Positions 26,775-37,205 are shown, counted from the stretch's first letter. The stretch is 64,000 nucleotides of DNA from Ignavibacteriota bacterium (GCA_963801355.1 CAWDEM010000008.1:1600001-1664000), one strand, 5' to 3'. Notes: generated by a model from the letters alone, not told the origin. Made by a program: numbers and translations.

Positions 26775-29090
26775 CGTGGAGTCTCTCCCTCCCAGTAACG
26801 GAGCTTGACCACCCCGGGTTGCGGGCGGCTCCCATCGAATGCCAGGTCACATTCCAGGGCCCCCTGTTCGTGCAACACCCGTCCTTTGTATTCGATCTTC
26901 GAGCCGACCGCCATGCCGTACCGCACCTTCCGTGGATTCAGAACAGCGAAGAGGGTCATGGCGTCGGTGGTGAAATCGCCGAATTTCACCTTTCCTGTTT
27001 CGTATGTATACATGGGGCGGCGCCAGTCACGCACGATGTCCGCCTGCAGGTCCATCTTCATCCCGACCAGATACGATGTCTCCCCCGAGGTGAGCGTGAT
27101 GCCGAGAGTACGCCTCAATTCCTCAACGGGGAGGAGGCGGACGCGGTCCAGAAGCGTCTTCGGATCAACACCTTTGTCATGGGGGATGAGCACGGTGATG
27201 AACGTCTGCATGTCGTTCAGATTCCCGTGCCGTCCGATCATCTGATAGAGTGATTGCTCCTGCTGCCAGTAGCGTTGTTGTGGCACCACCCCTTCCTCCA
27301 TCTGCGCGCGCTGGGGGAACACCACCAGCAAGCGGTCGTCACCGCGCACGTCCCACGTCGCGAGGGAGTCGTACGCAGTGTCGAACCAGCCGGGCCCCCG
27401 GGCGAGCACGTGCCGCGTGTGCCAGAAGTTCGCCATCGTGAGATACCCGGGCCGCGTGTATCTCACGGCATCGAAGACGACGAACCAATCGAGCGGTTTG
27501 ACGTACACCACGGCTCTGTCCGCCTCGTATCCCCAATCCGCATCGATCACGCGCGAGCGGGAATATTCGAAGTCGCCGCACGAGAGGAAATCCACCTTCT
27601 GTGTGCGCACGTTGCGGTACGCGCCGGAATTGCGGAAAAAGTCGAGCACGTTCTGACCGGGGACCGCTTCCCGTTGCGGAGAGGCGTAGCGGAACTGGCC
27701 TGCACTCTGTCCGAGCGCAATCTTGTCGTTGCGCACCACGAGACGGTTGTGGAAGTAGTCCGCGCGGTACGCCCCGTAGGGTCCGCTGGGCATGAAGTCG
27801 CGGTAGCCTCCGTCGTGCAGGAGTATGCTCTTGTTGCGCATCAGGAGCGCTATGCTGTTCTCATCGGCGTGCCCGTGCGTCATTTTTTCTTCTTCAACGG
27901 GAATGCTCGTGCGGAGATATTCGCGGAAGAGCCACCCGCCGTCTCCCTCGTCGCGATAGTTGTACAGCATGTATGTGCTGTTGCCGGCCCACCCGTTTCT
28001 GAAGACGAACTTCTTCCCGACGATATCGTCAATGACCTGCCGGCTCCCGTTTGCCGGTTCCGCGGCGGGGAGCGAGAAATCCGCCCAGCGGTACGCATCG
28101 GACAGCGTCAGCCCGAGGAACACACTCCGTTTCGCCGGGAGCGGATCGCAATATTTGCGGAACATGCGGGCTGCCGCCCAGCGGAACCGCGGGTCGTGAT
28201 TCACCGCCGCCGCCTTCTCGAAAAACGGGATGAACCTGTCCCAACCGCTTGCCCAGTTGGCATCCCCGACGTCGGGCACCAACCCTGCCGGGCACATCAT
28301 CTGCAGGTAGTACTCCATGTTGTACTGCATCATCGGGCTGCGGTACAGAGACTCGTCCTGCCGTATATCGCTGACATAGCCGAGCAGGGAATAGAGCCAG
28401 ATGGCATTGTACCCTGTGGCGTCTTCGATCTCCCATTCGTCCCAGTTGTCGCCTGCGATCGCCCCGCCGATCGTCACCCACTTCGTGGCGGTGGGGATGA
28501 TCGGGAACCGCTTTGGCGGCATACAACAATCCCTCGGCCCTCAGGATCGCGCGATTCATGGCCCCCCATTCCTGGAAGGAACAGAAGAAGTCGGCGCTGC
28601 CTCCAATGTTATCGTCGATGGTCCGTTTCTCCGCGGCGGTCAGGGTGCGATGCTGTTTCAGGATGGTGTAGGCATGACAGTACTTGGCAAAGGTGAAGAT
28701 ATTGGGCAACGCGGGAAGTACGCCGCCGAATTCCGGACGGCTCTTCGCATACCCGGGAGGATACGCCTCGCGATGCTTGCCGTAATACAGCAGAAGCTCA
28801 CGCGCCCGGTCAAGATAGATCTCTTCTTTGGTGACTTCATAGAGGTTCGTGCACAGTGCCGCCAGATACGGTTCGTTGCCCGGAGGGGCATACCCGAACA
28901 CATAATTCGTATCGATGGTGGCACGGAACCGTTCACGGTCGGCATCCACCGCATTCCAGCCGTCCGCCGCCGCAGCGCGCATGTAGGTCAGATATTCGTT
29001 CCCGTTGACAGCTTGTGTCTCTTCCGCATGCCCTAACAACAGGGATGCACAACACACGAGGAAAAAACAAAGGGGTCTGCAGAGTTTCAT
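26771..29090 (-). pseudogene. Frameshifted secreted heparinase II/III-like (polysaccharide lyase-like) gene, ~772 aa if repaired
   Basis: The signal-peptide ORF from 29090 switches frame at 28490-28496 (CAT CCC CAC C GCC ACG AAG TGG, one extra base) into the 26771..28522 frame. That frame carries HGHADENS...LLHDGGY...YFHNRLVV. This may be an assembly indel. Confidence 0.65.
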
Positions 29091-29261
29091 GAGTGTCTCA
29101 CGGCTGATGGAATTGTGTGACTTGACAGGGAGTAGAGGACAACACCGGCGGCCGTTGTCGTGGTGAAGTGTGTTCCGTCGTCCGGACTCACTGCTCCGAG
29201 TCCGGGGCGGGAGACCATCCGCAGACGCCTCCCGCCCGTGATGCTCCCACAACTGACCGGG

Positions 29262-30464
29262 TCACTCGCCGGTCATCAGAAACAGCGGTCGCATCTCAAA
29301 ACTCCCATAATGCGGCCGCAACCGATCAATATTGTAGTGTTCCTTGACGTTGACGACCTTCTTGGAACTGGTGACGACGTCAATTGGCATGTTGTCGTAC
29401 CTGCCATTCTTCAGCACCACCAGCCTGCCGTGCACCTTCGAGAGAATAAGATCGAGCGCCAGATTTCCGTACGCCATGGGAACGATTGAATCGATGGCAT
29501 CCGGATCGCCGCCGCGGACGAGATACCCCAGCGTCTGCGTGATGGTGTTCACTTCCTTGCCATTGTTGTACTTCGGCGAGAGCTCCTTCAGTTTTTCCGA
29601 CACACGGTCTCCGATGCCGCCCAGCTTCTTGTGGCCGTAGGCATCCGTGGTCTCCTTCGCAAATACCATCTCCCCGCCTTCGAACATCGCGCCTTCGGAA
29701 ACCAGGACCACAGAATAATGGCTCGGGTTCCTGTTACGGTCGTAGCACAACAGCTCCGTCAGCCGTTCAATATTGAAGCGGTGTTCCGGAATGACGCAGC
29801 GGTTGGCGGCGCCGGCCATTGTCGGCAGCATGGCCGTGAATCCGGCATACCGGCCGAATACTTCAAGCACAAGGAATCGCTCGTGGGATCCCGCCGACGT
29901 CCGCAGGCTGTTGGTCATCATGATCGTGCGGGTGACACACGTGCTGAATCCGATGCAATAATCTGTGCCCGGGACGTCGTTGTCCATCGTTTTGGGGATG
30001 GCGACGACCTTCAGACCCTCCTGATACAGACGGACGCCGTAGCTGAGCGTGTCATCACCGCCGATCGGGATCAGTGTGTCGATGCCGAGCCAGGCGAGAT
30101 TCGTCTTCACCTCCTCCGTCAGATCGTTGACGTCCGCAGAGTACTTGTCGCGCAGGTGTTCGGGCACAACGTTCTTCTTCACGTGACTCGGCCGCGTACG
30201 GGAGGTATGGAGGAATGTCCCGCCGGTGCGGCCGGCTTTGTTGACGACTTCTTCGGTAAGAATCTGAAAGTTGCCGCTGTTGTCATAGTCCTTTTCCCGC
30301 ACGATGTCGATCAGCCCTCCCCATCCCCGGCGCAGGCCGATCACATGGTACCCTTCGCGTAACGCACGGATGGTAACAGCGCGTATTGCCGGGTTCAGGC
30401 CGGGGACATCTCCACCGCCGGTCAGAATGCCGATTACACCCTTGATTGACGCAATGTTTGCCAT
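29262..30464 (-). CDS. 6-phosphofructokinase, probably PPi-dependent
   Basis: ILTGGGDVPGLN, GGTFLHTSR, IGGDDT, PKTMDND and EVFGRYAG motifs. Confidence 0.9.
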   Translation of the reverse strand: MANIASIKGVIGILTGGGDVPGLNPAIRAVTIRALREGYHVIGLRRGWGGLIDIVREKDYDNSGNFQILTEEVVNKAGRTGGTFLHTSRTRPSHVKKNVVPEHLRDKYSADVNDLTEEVKTNLAWLGIDTLIPIGGDDTLSYGVRLYQEGLKVVAIPKTMDNDVPGTDYCIGFSTCVTRTIMMTNSLRTSAGSHERFLVLEVFGRYAGFTAMLPTMAGAANRCVIPEHRFNIERLTELLCYDRNRNPSHYSVVLVSEGAMFEGGEMVFAKETTDAYGHKKLGGIGDRVSEKLKELSPKYNNGKEVNTITQTLGYLVRGGDPDAIDSIVPMAYGNLALDLILSKVHGRLVVLKNGRYDNMPIDVVTSSKKVVNVKEHYNIDRLRPHYGSFEMRPLFLMTGE

Positions 30465-30500
30465 ACAACACTCCTGTGATGAAAGTATGAGAGCATGAAT

Positions 30501-33059
30501 CTAGCGTAGAAGAACGACTTTCTTCGTATCGGACCATGTACCTGCGCGAAGGGTATACAGATACGTACCCGATGCCACTGCGGCATGCTGATCGTTGATC
30601 CCGTCCCAGCGGACCACATAATGACCGCCGGGCAGATTCGCGCGCAGCAGGGTGCGCACTAACCGTCCCTGCAGATCATGCACCGTGAGTTCCACGTGCT
30701 GATCGCCGTACGGCGTGTTCACTGTCAACGGAATGATTGTCGTGGAGTTGAACGGATTCGGGTAGCTCTGCAAAAGCGCGAACGACGCCGGCCGGTCGAC
30801 GGGCAACAGCGGCGGCGGGACATCCGTGGTGAGCAGCGCGGCACCGGTTCCGCGTGAATTCCCTGCGGCATCGGCAAGGTACAAATTCACGAAGTCGGGC
30901 CGGGACGCGGGAAGTGTCGTGTATTCAGTTTTCCACTCCTCGTCGGTCAGCCTCCTGAAGTTCAGGCTGACGTACTCGTAGTAGCTGAGCACAGGCCCGA
31001 CGCATGCGATGCGCTGCCCGTCGGGCAGCGAGACGATAAACGCTCCCAGATTTACCGGTCCGGTCCCCGCATGAAGCACCCACCCGACCATAGAGCCCCC
31101 TTCATCAGTCGGGGCGGTGTGCACATCGGCCACGACGTAGTCATGGGATGTGAATCCCAACTCACCCGTGTAGAACAATCGCGCATACCAGCCTGCCGCG
31201 ACAGTCGTACAGCCGGACGGCACCTCATACAGCATCGTCCGGAGGAAGAGTTTCTCCACCTCCAGTAGTGGTGTCGAAGCGAGTTCCTTGCGCGCGATTG
31301 TGCCGAGCGTATCCATAACCTCTGCCATCCTGTCGAAATAGACACCTACGGACCACAGACCGGAGAGATCGGGCGACTTGAAACGCACGCTCGCGCGTTG
31401 CGCCAATCCCTTCATCGCATCATAGAACGCAGGGATAGGTTCAACATAGCTTTCGGGAAATGAACAAATAACCATGCCCGTATACGATTGCTTTGCGTAC
31501 AGCAGGTTGTCATGCCGCAACTGTGCCCACCCCGCCAGCTGCGTGTTCATCTTTTCCTGCCACCATGCCGCGGTCTTCATGAACGGAGGGAGCGATTCCC
31601 GTTCGAGAGGCGGATTCAACGTACGGAGGGCGTTGAGCCACCCGTTGTACATTGTCGCGTCCCAGAATGAAGAGCCGTAGCCGTCCACTAGGTAGCGCAG
31701 CGCCGCGAGGTTTGTGGCGTAATGGTACTGCGCCAAATCCGGCTGCAGGAGCTGCGCCGCCGCATCGTTGCCGAGGGCGAACAGGATATCAAGAGTTGAC
31801 GGCAGCATCCGGAGCATCTTCTGCCCCTGGTAGATGATCCTGTCATAGACCACGTTGCCGGTCACATACGAGTCCACGATGAACCGCTGCCCGACCAGAA
31901 GGAATGCCGAGGCCGGCACGATCTGCTCGGGATCGCACGGATCCGACCAGAGCATCTGCGAAATGATGCGCTGGGCCGCGTACGATTGCTGCAGGAGTTT
32001 CTCCTGGAACACCTTCCACGCGCCTGCGGGCAGGAGCGCATCAGCACTTGTGATCCCCTGCTCCGCAACGAAAGAAGAGAGCTGACCGAGTGAAATGTTG
32101 TCCTGCTCCCCCACGAAGAACTGCAGGATCTGTTCGATGCGGTCGAAATACTGCAGTGCGCCCGTCGCATGCGCCGACTCGACAAGCAACACCGCCATGA
32201 TTGCCTGCATTTGCACGGCAGAGCCCGCGGGCGGCAGATCACTGCTGACCGGCGCGCTGCAATAGACTTCCGTGCGCCCGAGCCATATCATGGATTTGAA
32301 ATAACTCCGGAGTATGGGGTCGTTCGCATAGTGTCCCCGGGGTTTAAACTGCGAGAAATCGATCAGTCGTGACTCCCCTTCGAACAGGGGGACCTTCAGG
32401 GGACTCTCGCCGGTGATGTTGCGCAGCATCTCGAGGACGCGGGGAGCATTTTCCGGATACACCAGATCACCACCGTGCCCGAGGAGCTGCCGGGCAACTG
32501 CGAGATAGAAATCCATGTCCCGCAATGGAACAGCCATCGCCGGCTGCGCAGCATACCTGGCTGCCAGCGCGGGGATACCTCCGTGGAGCCGCGTCAACAA
32601 CGTATCGAGCGTGCCGATGAGAATCTTCAGTTCTGCGGTCTGGAGGATGTTGTCATACGACATGTGGAAGGCATGAAGAATGGCATCGGTGGTGACGACT
32701 ACCGGCAGATCGGCGTGATACGCCTCCTGATAGGCCTCACCGATGGATTGCCGCCGCAACCGTTCGCTGACGACAAACCCGTGCTGACCGAGCAATGCCA
32801 GTTCGTATGGTGTGAAATGGTAGACTGAATCAATCCGGGCGAAATACGGAGTCGACATGAAAGGAGCGGCCGACGCCCGGGCATTGAAAACGCCGGCGGG
32901 ATGGAGTGCAAGAAGTTCCTCTTCAGACATGTCCTGGTGGCCGGCAAGGAACTGGCGATAGGCGTTCAGATCGAAGCTGTCCCCGTCCTGCGCGGAAACG
33001 CTCCCCCACGCAAGCACAAGCGTGCAGAGAAGCTGGACGGAGAACCTCGTTCTGTTCAT
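30501..33059 (-). CDS. DUF3160-domain protein with T9SS/FlgD-like CTD
   Basis: VTTDAILHAFH, DFSQFKPRGHY, WAQLRHDNLLYAKQSY and VADVHT motifs; CTD YPNPFNSTT...WDGIND...VASGTY; GGAGGT RBS. Confidence 0.82.
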   Translation of the reverse strand: MNRTRFSVQLLCTLVLAWGSVSAQDGDSFDLNAYRQFLAGHQDMSEEELLALHPAGVFNARASAAPFMSTPYFARIDSVYHFTPYELALLGQHGFVVSERLRRQSIGEAYQEAYHADLPVVVTTDAILHAFHMSYDNILQTAELKILIGTLDTLLTRLHGGIPALAARYAAQPAMAVPLRDMDFYLAVARQLLGHGGDLVYPENAPRVLEMLRNITGESPLKVPLFEGESRLIDFSQFKPRGHYANDPILRSYFKSMIWLGRTEVYCSAPVSSDLPPAGSAVQMQAIMAVLLVESAHATGALQYFDRIEQILQFFVGEQDNISLGQLSSFVAEQGITSADALLPAGAWKVFQEKLLQQSYAAQRIISQMLWSDPCDPEQIVPASAFLLVGQRFIVDSYVTGNVVYDRIIYQGQKMLRMLPSTLDILFALGNDAAAQLLQPDLAQYHYATNLAALRYLVDGYGSSFWDATMYNGWLNALRTLNPPLERESLPPFMKTAAWWQEKMNTQLAGWAQLRHDNLLYAKQSYTGMVICSFPESYVEPIPAFYDAMKGLAQRASVRFKSPDLSGLWSVGVYFDRMAEVMDTLGTIARKELASTPLLEVEKLFLRTMLYEVPSGCTTVAAGWYARLFYTGELGFTSHDYVVADVHTAPTDEGGSMVGWVLHAGTGPVNLGAFIVSLPDGQRIACVGPVLSYYEYVSLNFRRLTDEEWKTEYTTLPASRPDFVNLYLADAAGNSRGTGAALLTTDVPPPLLPVDRPASFALLQSYPNPFNSTTIIPLTVNTPYGDQHVELTVHDLQGRLVRTLLRANLPGGHYVVRWDGINDQHAAVASGTYLYTLRAGTWSDTKKVVLLR

Positions 33060-33193
33060 GAAATCACCTCCGGGGGGACGTATCGTTAAATAATACCCAC
33101 CAAGGGCGAGAAATGCAACCATCCTGAACTTGCAGCACGGGCGGTTTTCTCGTATTTTGAACTGTTTTCACTCCCCGCACCCCGGCGAAAGTC

Positions 33194-36178
33194 ATGCAAA
33201 AAGAGAAACGGCTCAACATCGAGGATCTCGTCGACACGCGCATTCAGAGCTTCCAGAAGCTCATGCGCCATAAGGTCAGGGACATCCTCCTGGTCTCCAG
33301 TCTGTACGATCAGTACCTGTTCGAGGAGGACGGCCGCCTCTACGAATTGATCCGGCAGGAATTCCAGGTCCTGAACCTCAGCCACCCCCCCGAGCTCACG
33401 CATGTGACCAGCGGGAAGGAAGCGCTGGAGATGATGCTGTCGGGCGAAAAATTCGACCTGGTGATCACGACCCTGCACATTGAGGACGTGCATGCGATCA
33501 AATTGACGCACATGATGCGCGATGCCGGGATCCAGACGCCGGTTGTCCTTCTGGCCTATGACAACAAGGAGCGGAAGGAGCTGATGACAGGCTATGACAC
33601 GTCGATCTTCGAAAACATCTTTCTCTGGCAGGGAGACTATCGTCTCCTGATTGGCATTATCAAGCAGCTTGAAGACCGGCTCAACGTGGACAACGACACA
33701 CGCGCCGTCGGGGTGCAGTCCATCATCCTCGTCGAAGACAGCGTGCAATTCTACTCCATGTATCTCCCGCTCATCTACACGGAGATCCTCAACCAGTCGC
33801 AGCGCCTCATCTCCGAGGGGGTGAACATCACCCACCGGTTTCTCCGGATGCGCGCCCGTCCGAAGATTCTGCTCTGCACGAATTTCGAACAGGCGTGGGA
33901 GTACTATGAGCGCTATGGAGAGTACATACTCGGGATCATTTCTGATATCAACTTCAAGCGAAACGGTGTGAAGGATCCCGATGCGGGATTTCAATTTGCC
34001 GAACTCGTGCATCAGCGCCACGCGGACATTTCCATTCTCCTTCAATCCAGCAATCCCGACTACGAATCCAAAGCGCGGGCGATCGGCGCCAGCTTCCTCC
34101 TGAAAGGTTCACCGCGCCTGTTGCACAATCTGCGCAAATTCATGTTGGACAATTTTGGTTTTGGCGACTTCGTATTCCGGACGGCGTACGGGACTGAAGT
34201 CGGGAGGGCGACGGACCTCAAGACGCTGGAGGAACAGCTGCACGTTGTACCGGACGAAACGGTCGTCTTCCATGCGTCGCGAAACCATTTTTCCAACTGG
34301 CTCAAGGCACGCACGGAATTCGGCCTCGCCCACCACCTCCGGCCGCACAAAGTCAGCGATTTTGCCACCGTGAACGACCTGCGCCAGGAGCTGATCCGCG
34401 CGCTCCGTTCGTACCAGGAAACACGGCAACGCGGCGTCATTACGGAATTCAACAGGGAGACCTTCAATCCTCAGAACGGCTTTGCCCGCGTTGGCGGCGG
34501 CTCGCTCGGTGGCAAGGCGCGCGGGCTGGGCTTCATCAATACGCTGATCAGCCGGTATGCGGTCCGCAACCATTTTGCCGACGTGGAAATCACCGTCCCG
34601 TCCGCGGTCGTCGTCGCCACCGATGTCTTCGATCGATTCCTTGCGGACAATAATCTTGAGGCCTTCGCCCTCAGCACGCGCGACGACCGGGAACTTCACG
34701 CCCGCTTCAAAGATGCACCCCACTTCCCCCAGGATGTCGTCAAGAAGCTGTCGGACTTTCTTGAAATCGTCCGGGGCCCGCTCGCCGTGCGTTCGTCAAG
34801 CGTGCTCGAAGATTCCCAGTACCAGCCGTTCGCGGGTGTGTACGCCACGTTCATGATTCCGAACAATAATCCGGACCACAACATCCGCCTCCGCGAATTG
34901 ATGGAGAGCATCAAGCTGGTCTACGCCTCAACGTTTGCACAACGGTCCAAGGACTACATGAAGGCCACCGCCTACCGGCTGGAAGAGGAAAAGATGGCAG
35001 TTGTTGTGCAGCGGATGGTCGGCGCCGCGCGGAACACCAGGTTTTATCCTGACTTCGCCGGCGTGGCGAAGTCCTACAACTTCTACCCCGTCCCCCCGCA
35101 GAACGCCACCGACGGCATTGTGCAGGCCGTTCTCGGTCTCGGGAGAATGGTGGTCGACGGGGGGAACGCCGTACGCTTCTGTCCGCGCTATCCGCGCCAC
35201 CTCATGCAGTTCTTTTCTGCACGCGAAACAGTCCGGAATGCCCAGCAGGAGTTCCTGGCGCTTGACCTTCCCGAAGGGCTGAACAATCCGGTGCCTGATG
35301 AGCCGGATATTTTCATCAAGCGATACGATCTGGTCGCAGCCGAGGAAGATCAGACTCTCACGGCCGTGGGATCCACCTATTCGCCCGAAAACGACACCGT
35401 CTATGACGGCATCTCAAGACCGGGAAGACGCGTGGTAACATTCGCACCGATCCTGAAGCACCGGGTCTTCCCTTTGCCGGAAATCCTCGAACTGATTCTC
35501 GAGTTGGGCACATGGGGAATGGGAACGCAGGTGGAAATCGAGTGGGCGGTGAACCTCAAGGTCCCGCAGGGTGCACTGAAGGAGTTCGCGCTCCTGCAAA
35601 TCCGGCCGCTCGTGCTCAGCCTGGAGCGTGAGGAGCTGAACGTGGATATTGATGATGCCGGAGCGTTGATCTGCCGCAGCGAGCAGGTGCTCGGCAACGG
35701 TGTCTTCGACAACATCCACGACATTGTCGTTGTCGACGTGCAGACATTCGACCGTTCGAAGAGCATGGAGGTCGTGGAAGAAATCAGCACGATCAACGCG
35801 CGGCTGACAGCTGAACGGCGCCCCTACGTGATCATCGGCGTCGGCCGCTGGGGAAGCATGGATCCGTGGCTGGGCATTCCTGTGACGTGGGACCAGATTG
35901 CGGGGGCATGCGTCATCATCGAATCGGGCTTCAAGGATATGTTCGTCACCCCTTCGCAGGGATCGCATTTCTTTCAGAACATCACTTCGTTCCGTGTCGG
36001 CTATTTCACCGTCAATTCCACGATGCCGTCATCATTTATCGATTGGGAATGGCTCCGGGCACAACAGGCGGAAGAGGAATTCCGCTTCACGAGGCACTTG
36101 AGGTTCTCCGAAGGCATCACGGTGAGGATCAACGGGCACAAGAGTCAGGGTGTGGTATTCAAGCCGGGGAACGCGTAG
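33194..36178 (+). CDS. Receiver-like domains fused to a PPDK/PEP-synthase N-terminal (ATP-grasp) domain
   Basis: REC-like segments DILLVSSLYD and ILLVEDS; SLGGKARGL, PLAVRSSSVLED...PFAGVY, EKMAVVVQ, GLGRMVVDGG, LLQIRP and SQGSHFFQN motifs. Confidence 0.85.
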   Translation: MQKEKRLNIEDLVDTRIQSFQKLMRHKVRDILLVSSLYDQYLFEEDGRLYELIRQEFQVLNLSHPPELTHVTSGKEALEMMLSGEKFDLVITTLHIEDVHAIKLTHMMRDAGIQTPVVLLAYDNKERKELMTGYDTSIFENIFLWQGDYRLLIGIIKQLEDRLNVDNDTRAVGVQSIILVEDSVQFYSMYLPLIYTEILNQSQRLISEGVNITHRFLRMRARPKILLCTNFEQAWEYYERYGEYILGIISDINFKRNGVKDPDAGFQFAELVHQRHADISILLQSSNPDYESKARAIGASFLLKGSPRLLHNLRKFMLDNFGFGDFVFRTAYGTEVGRATDLKTLEEQLHVVPDETVVFHASRNHFSNWLKARTEFGLAHHLRPHKVSDFATVNDLRQELIRALRSYQETRQRGVITEFNRETFNPQNGFARVGGGSLGGKARGLGFINTLISRYAVRNHFADVEITVPSAVVVATDVFDRFLADNNLEAFALSTRDDRELHARFKDAPHFPQDVVKKLSDFLEIVRGPLAVRSSSVLEDSQYQPFAGVYATFMIPNNNPDHNIRLRELMESIKLVYASTFAQRSKDYMKATAYRLEEEKMAVVVQRMVGAARNTRFYPDFAGVAKSYNFYPVPPQNATDGIVQAVLGLGRMVVDGGNAVRFCPRYPRHLMQFFSARETVRNAQQEFLALDLPEGLNNPVPDEPDIFIKRYDLVAAEEDQTLTAVGSTYSPENDTVYDGISRPGRRVVTFAPILKHRVFPLPEILELILELGTWGMGTQVEIEWAVNLKVPQGALKEFALLQIRPLVLSLEREELNVDIDDAGALICRSEQVLGNGVFDNIHDIVVVDVQTFDRSKSMEVVEEISTINARLTAERRPYVIIGVGRWGSMDPWLGIPVTWDQIAGACVIIESGFKDMFVTPSQGSHFFQNITSFRVGYFTVNSTMPSSFIDWEWLRAQQAEEEFRFTRHLRFSEGITVRINGHKSQGVVFKPGNA

Positions 36179-36190
36179 GCAGCAGACAGG

Positions 36191-36667
36191 CTATTGTTGA
36201 AAGGTGCCGACCACGCTCGCAGAGCCCAGCACATGGCCGCGCATTGCGGCGCTGCACTCGGCAAGCGTTGCATACGGCCCGAGCGACAGCGCAGGGATAT
36301 CGAGGGCGTGTATGGTGATTTCATACTCATGGACGCCTGAACCGCGCGGAGGGTTCGGCCCTCCGTACCCGTTCTCGCCGTAGGAATTCCGGAGTTCCAT
36401 GCTGTCAACGGGGAGCCCCCGGTGCATTCCCGAAGCGGATTCCGGTATTGCGCGCACCGCCGCAGGTATGTTGACCACAAACCAGTGGACCCAGTTGTGC
36501 GCAACCGGGTGCCGGTCAATGATGGAAAGCGCAAACGACTGTGCCCCCGGCGGAACATCGGTCCACTCCACCCCCGGCGACACATTCTGCCCCCCCTTGA
36601 CTGCACGATGCGCGCACTTTGTCGGCAGATACTTGTCACTGAGCAGAGCCGGGCAGAGGACTCTCAC
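36191..36667 (-). CDS. YbhB/YbcL (PEBP, Raf kinase inhibitor-like) protein
   Basis: GQNVSP, SFALSIID, WVHW.V.NIP and GYGGPNPP..SGVHEY motifs. Confidence 0.88.
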   Translation of the reverse strand: MRVLCPALLSDKYLPTKCAHRAVKGGQNVSPGVEWTDVPPGAQSFALSIIDRHPVAHNWVHWFVVNIPAAVRAIPESASGMHRGLPVDSMELRNSYGENGYGGPNPPRGSGVHEYEITIHALDIPALSLGPYATLAECSAAMRGHVLGSASVVGTFQQ

Positions 36668-37119
36668 TTTGGTGTCCTTTCCGAAGCGGACTTAGTTCTC
36701 ACCGGAACATCGGCGGCACTTTTGCCGATCATGGCATTCCGGATCTCCCTCCGGATCTCGTGCATCTCCACGCGTCCCTTCCGGAGGTACCGGACTCCGC
36801 GTGACTGCAGATCCATGACCTCGCGCTGCCCCAGATCCCTGCCGGTAATCACGATAACCGGAACGTCCTTCGTCTCCGGAGCGCTCCGCAGGTCGTTGAT
36901 GAATTCCAGGCCTCCCTTCCGGCGAAGGGCAAGGTCCATCAAAATAACCCCGGGTTTCAATTCCTTCACGGCGGTGACAATATCTTCCCCCGTAATGGGA
37001 AACTGAACGCCATTGTACCCATCGTCTTCAACTATGAACTTGAGGAGATTGGAGAAGTCGATGCTGTCTTCCACAATGAGGACGGATTTCTTCTCTTCAG
37101 ATTTTGCAGTTTTTCCCAT
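36664..37119 (-). CDS. Single-domain response regulator
   Basis: VLIVEDS, ILMDLAL, PVIVITG and YLRK motifs; no output domain. Confidence 0.85.
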   Translation of the reverse strand: MGKTAKSEEKKSVLIVEDSIDFSNLLKFIVEDDGYNGVQFPITGEDIVTAVKELKPGVILMDLALRRKGGLEFINDLRSAPETKDVPVIVITGRDLGQREVMDLQSRGVRYLRKGRVEMHEIRREIRNAMIGKSAADVPVRTKSASERTPK

Positions 37120-37205
37120 AGGGCGCCGGTGTGTGCGAGCGGTCTATCCTGAGGCAGGAAAGCTGAGTAAAGATACGCCAAAGGGTGCAATAAAGCAACA
37201 CAGGC

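Noticed and set aside
27254-28696. 480-aa plus-strand ORF, and similar long antisense ORFs at 22350, 53540, 54559 and 58541
   Set aside because: Each lies wholly opposite a well-supported gene and has no recognisable domain.
33194-36178. Annotation as ppsA/ppdK or as a histidine kinase
   Set aside because: It has no PEP-binding barrel and no HisKA/HATPase boxes.
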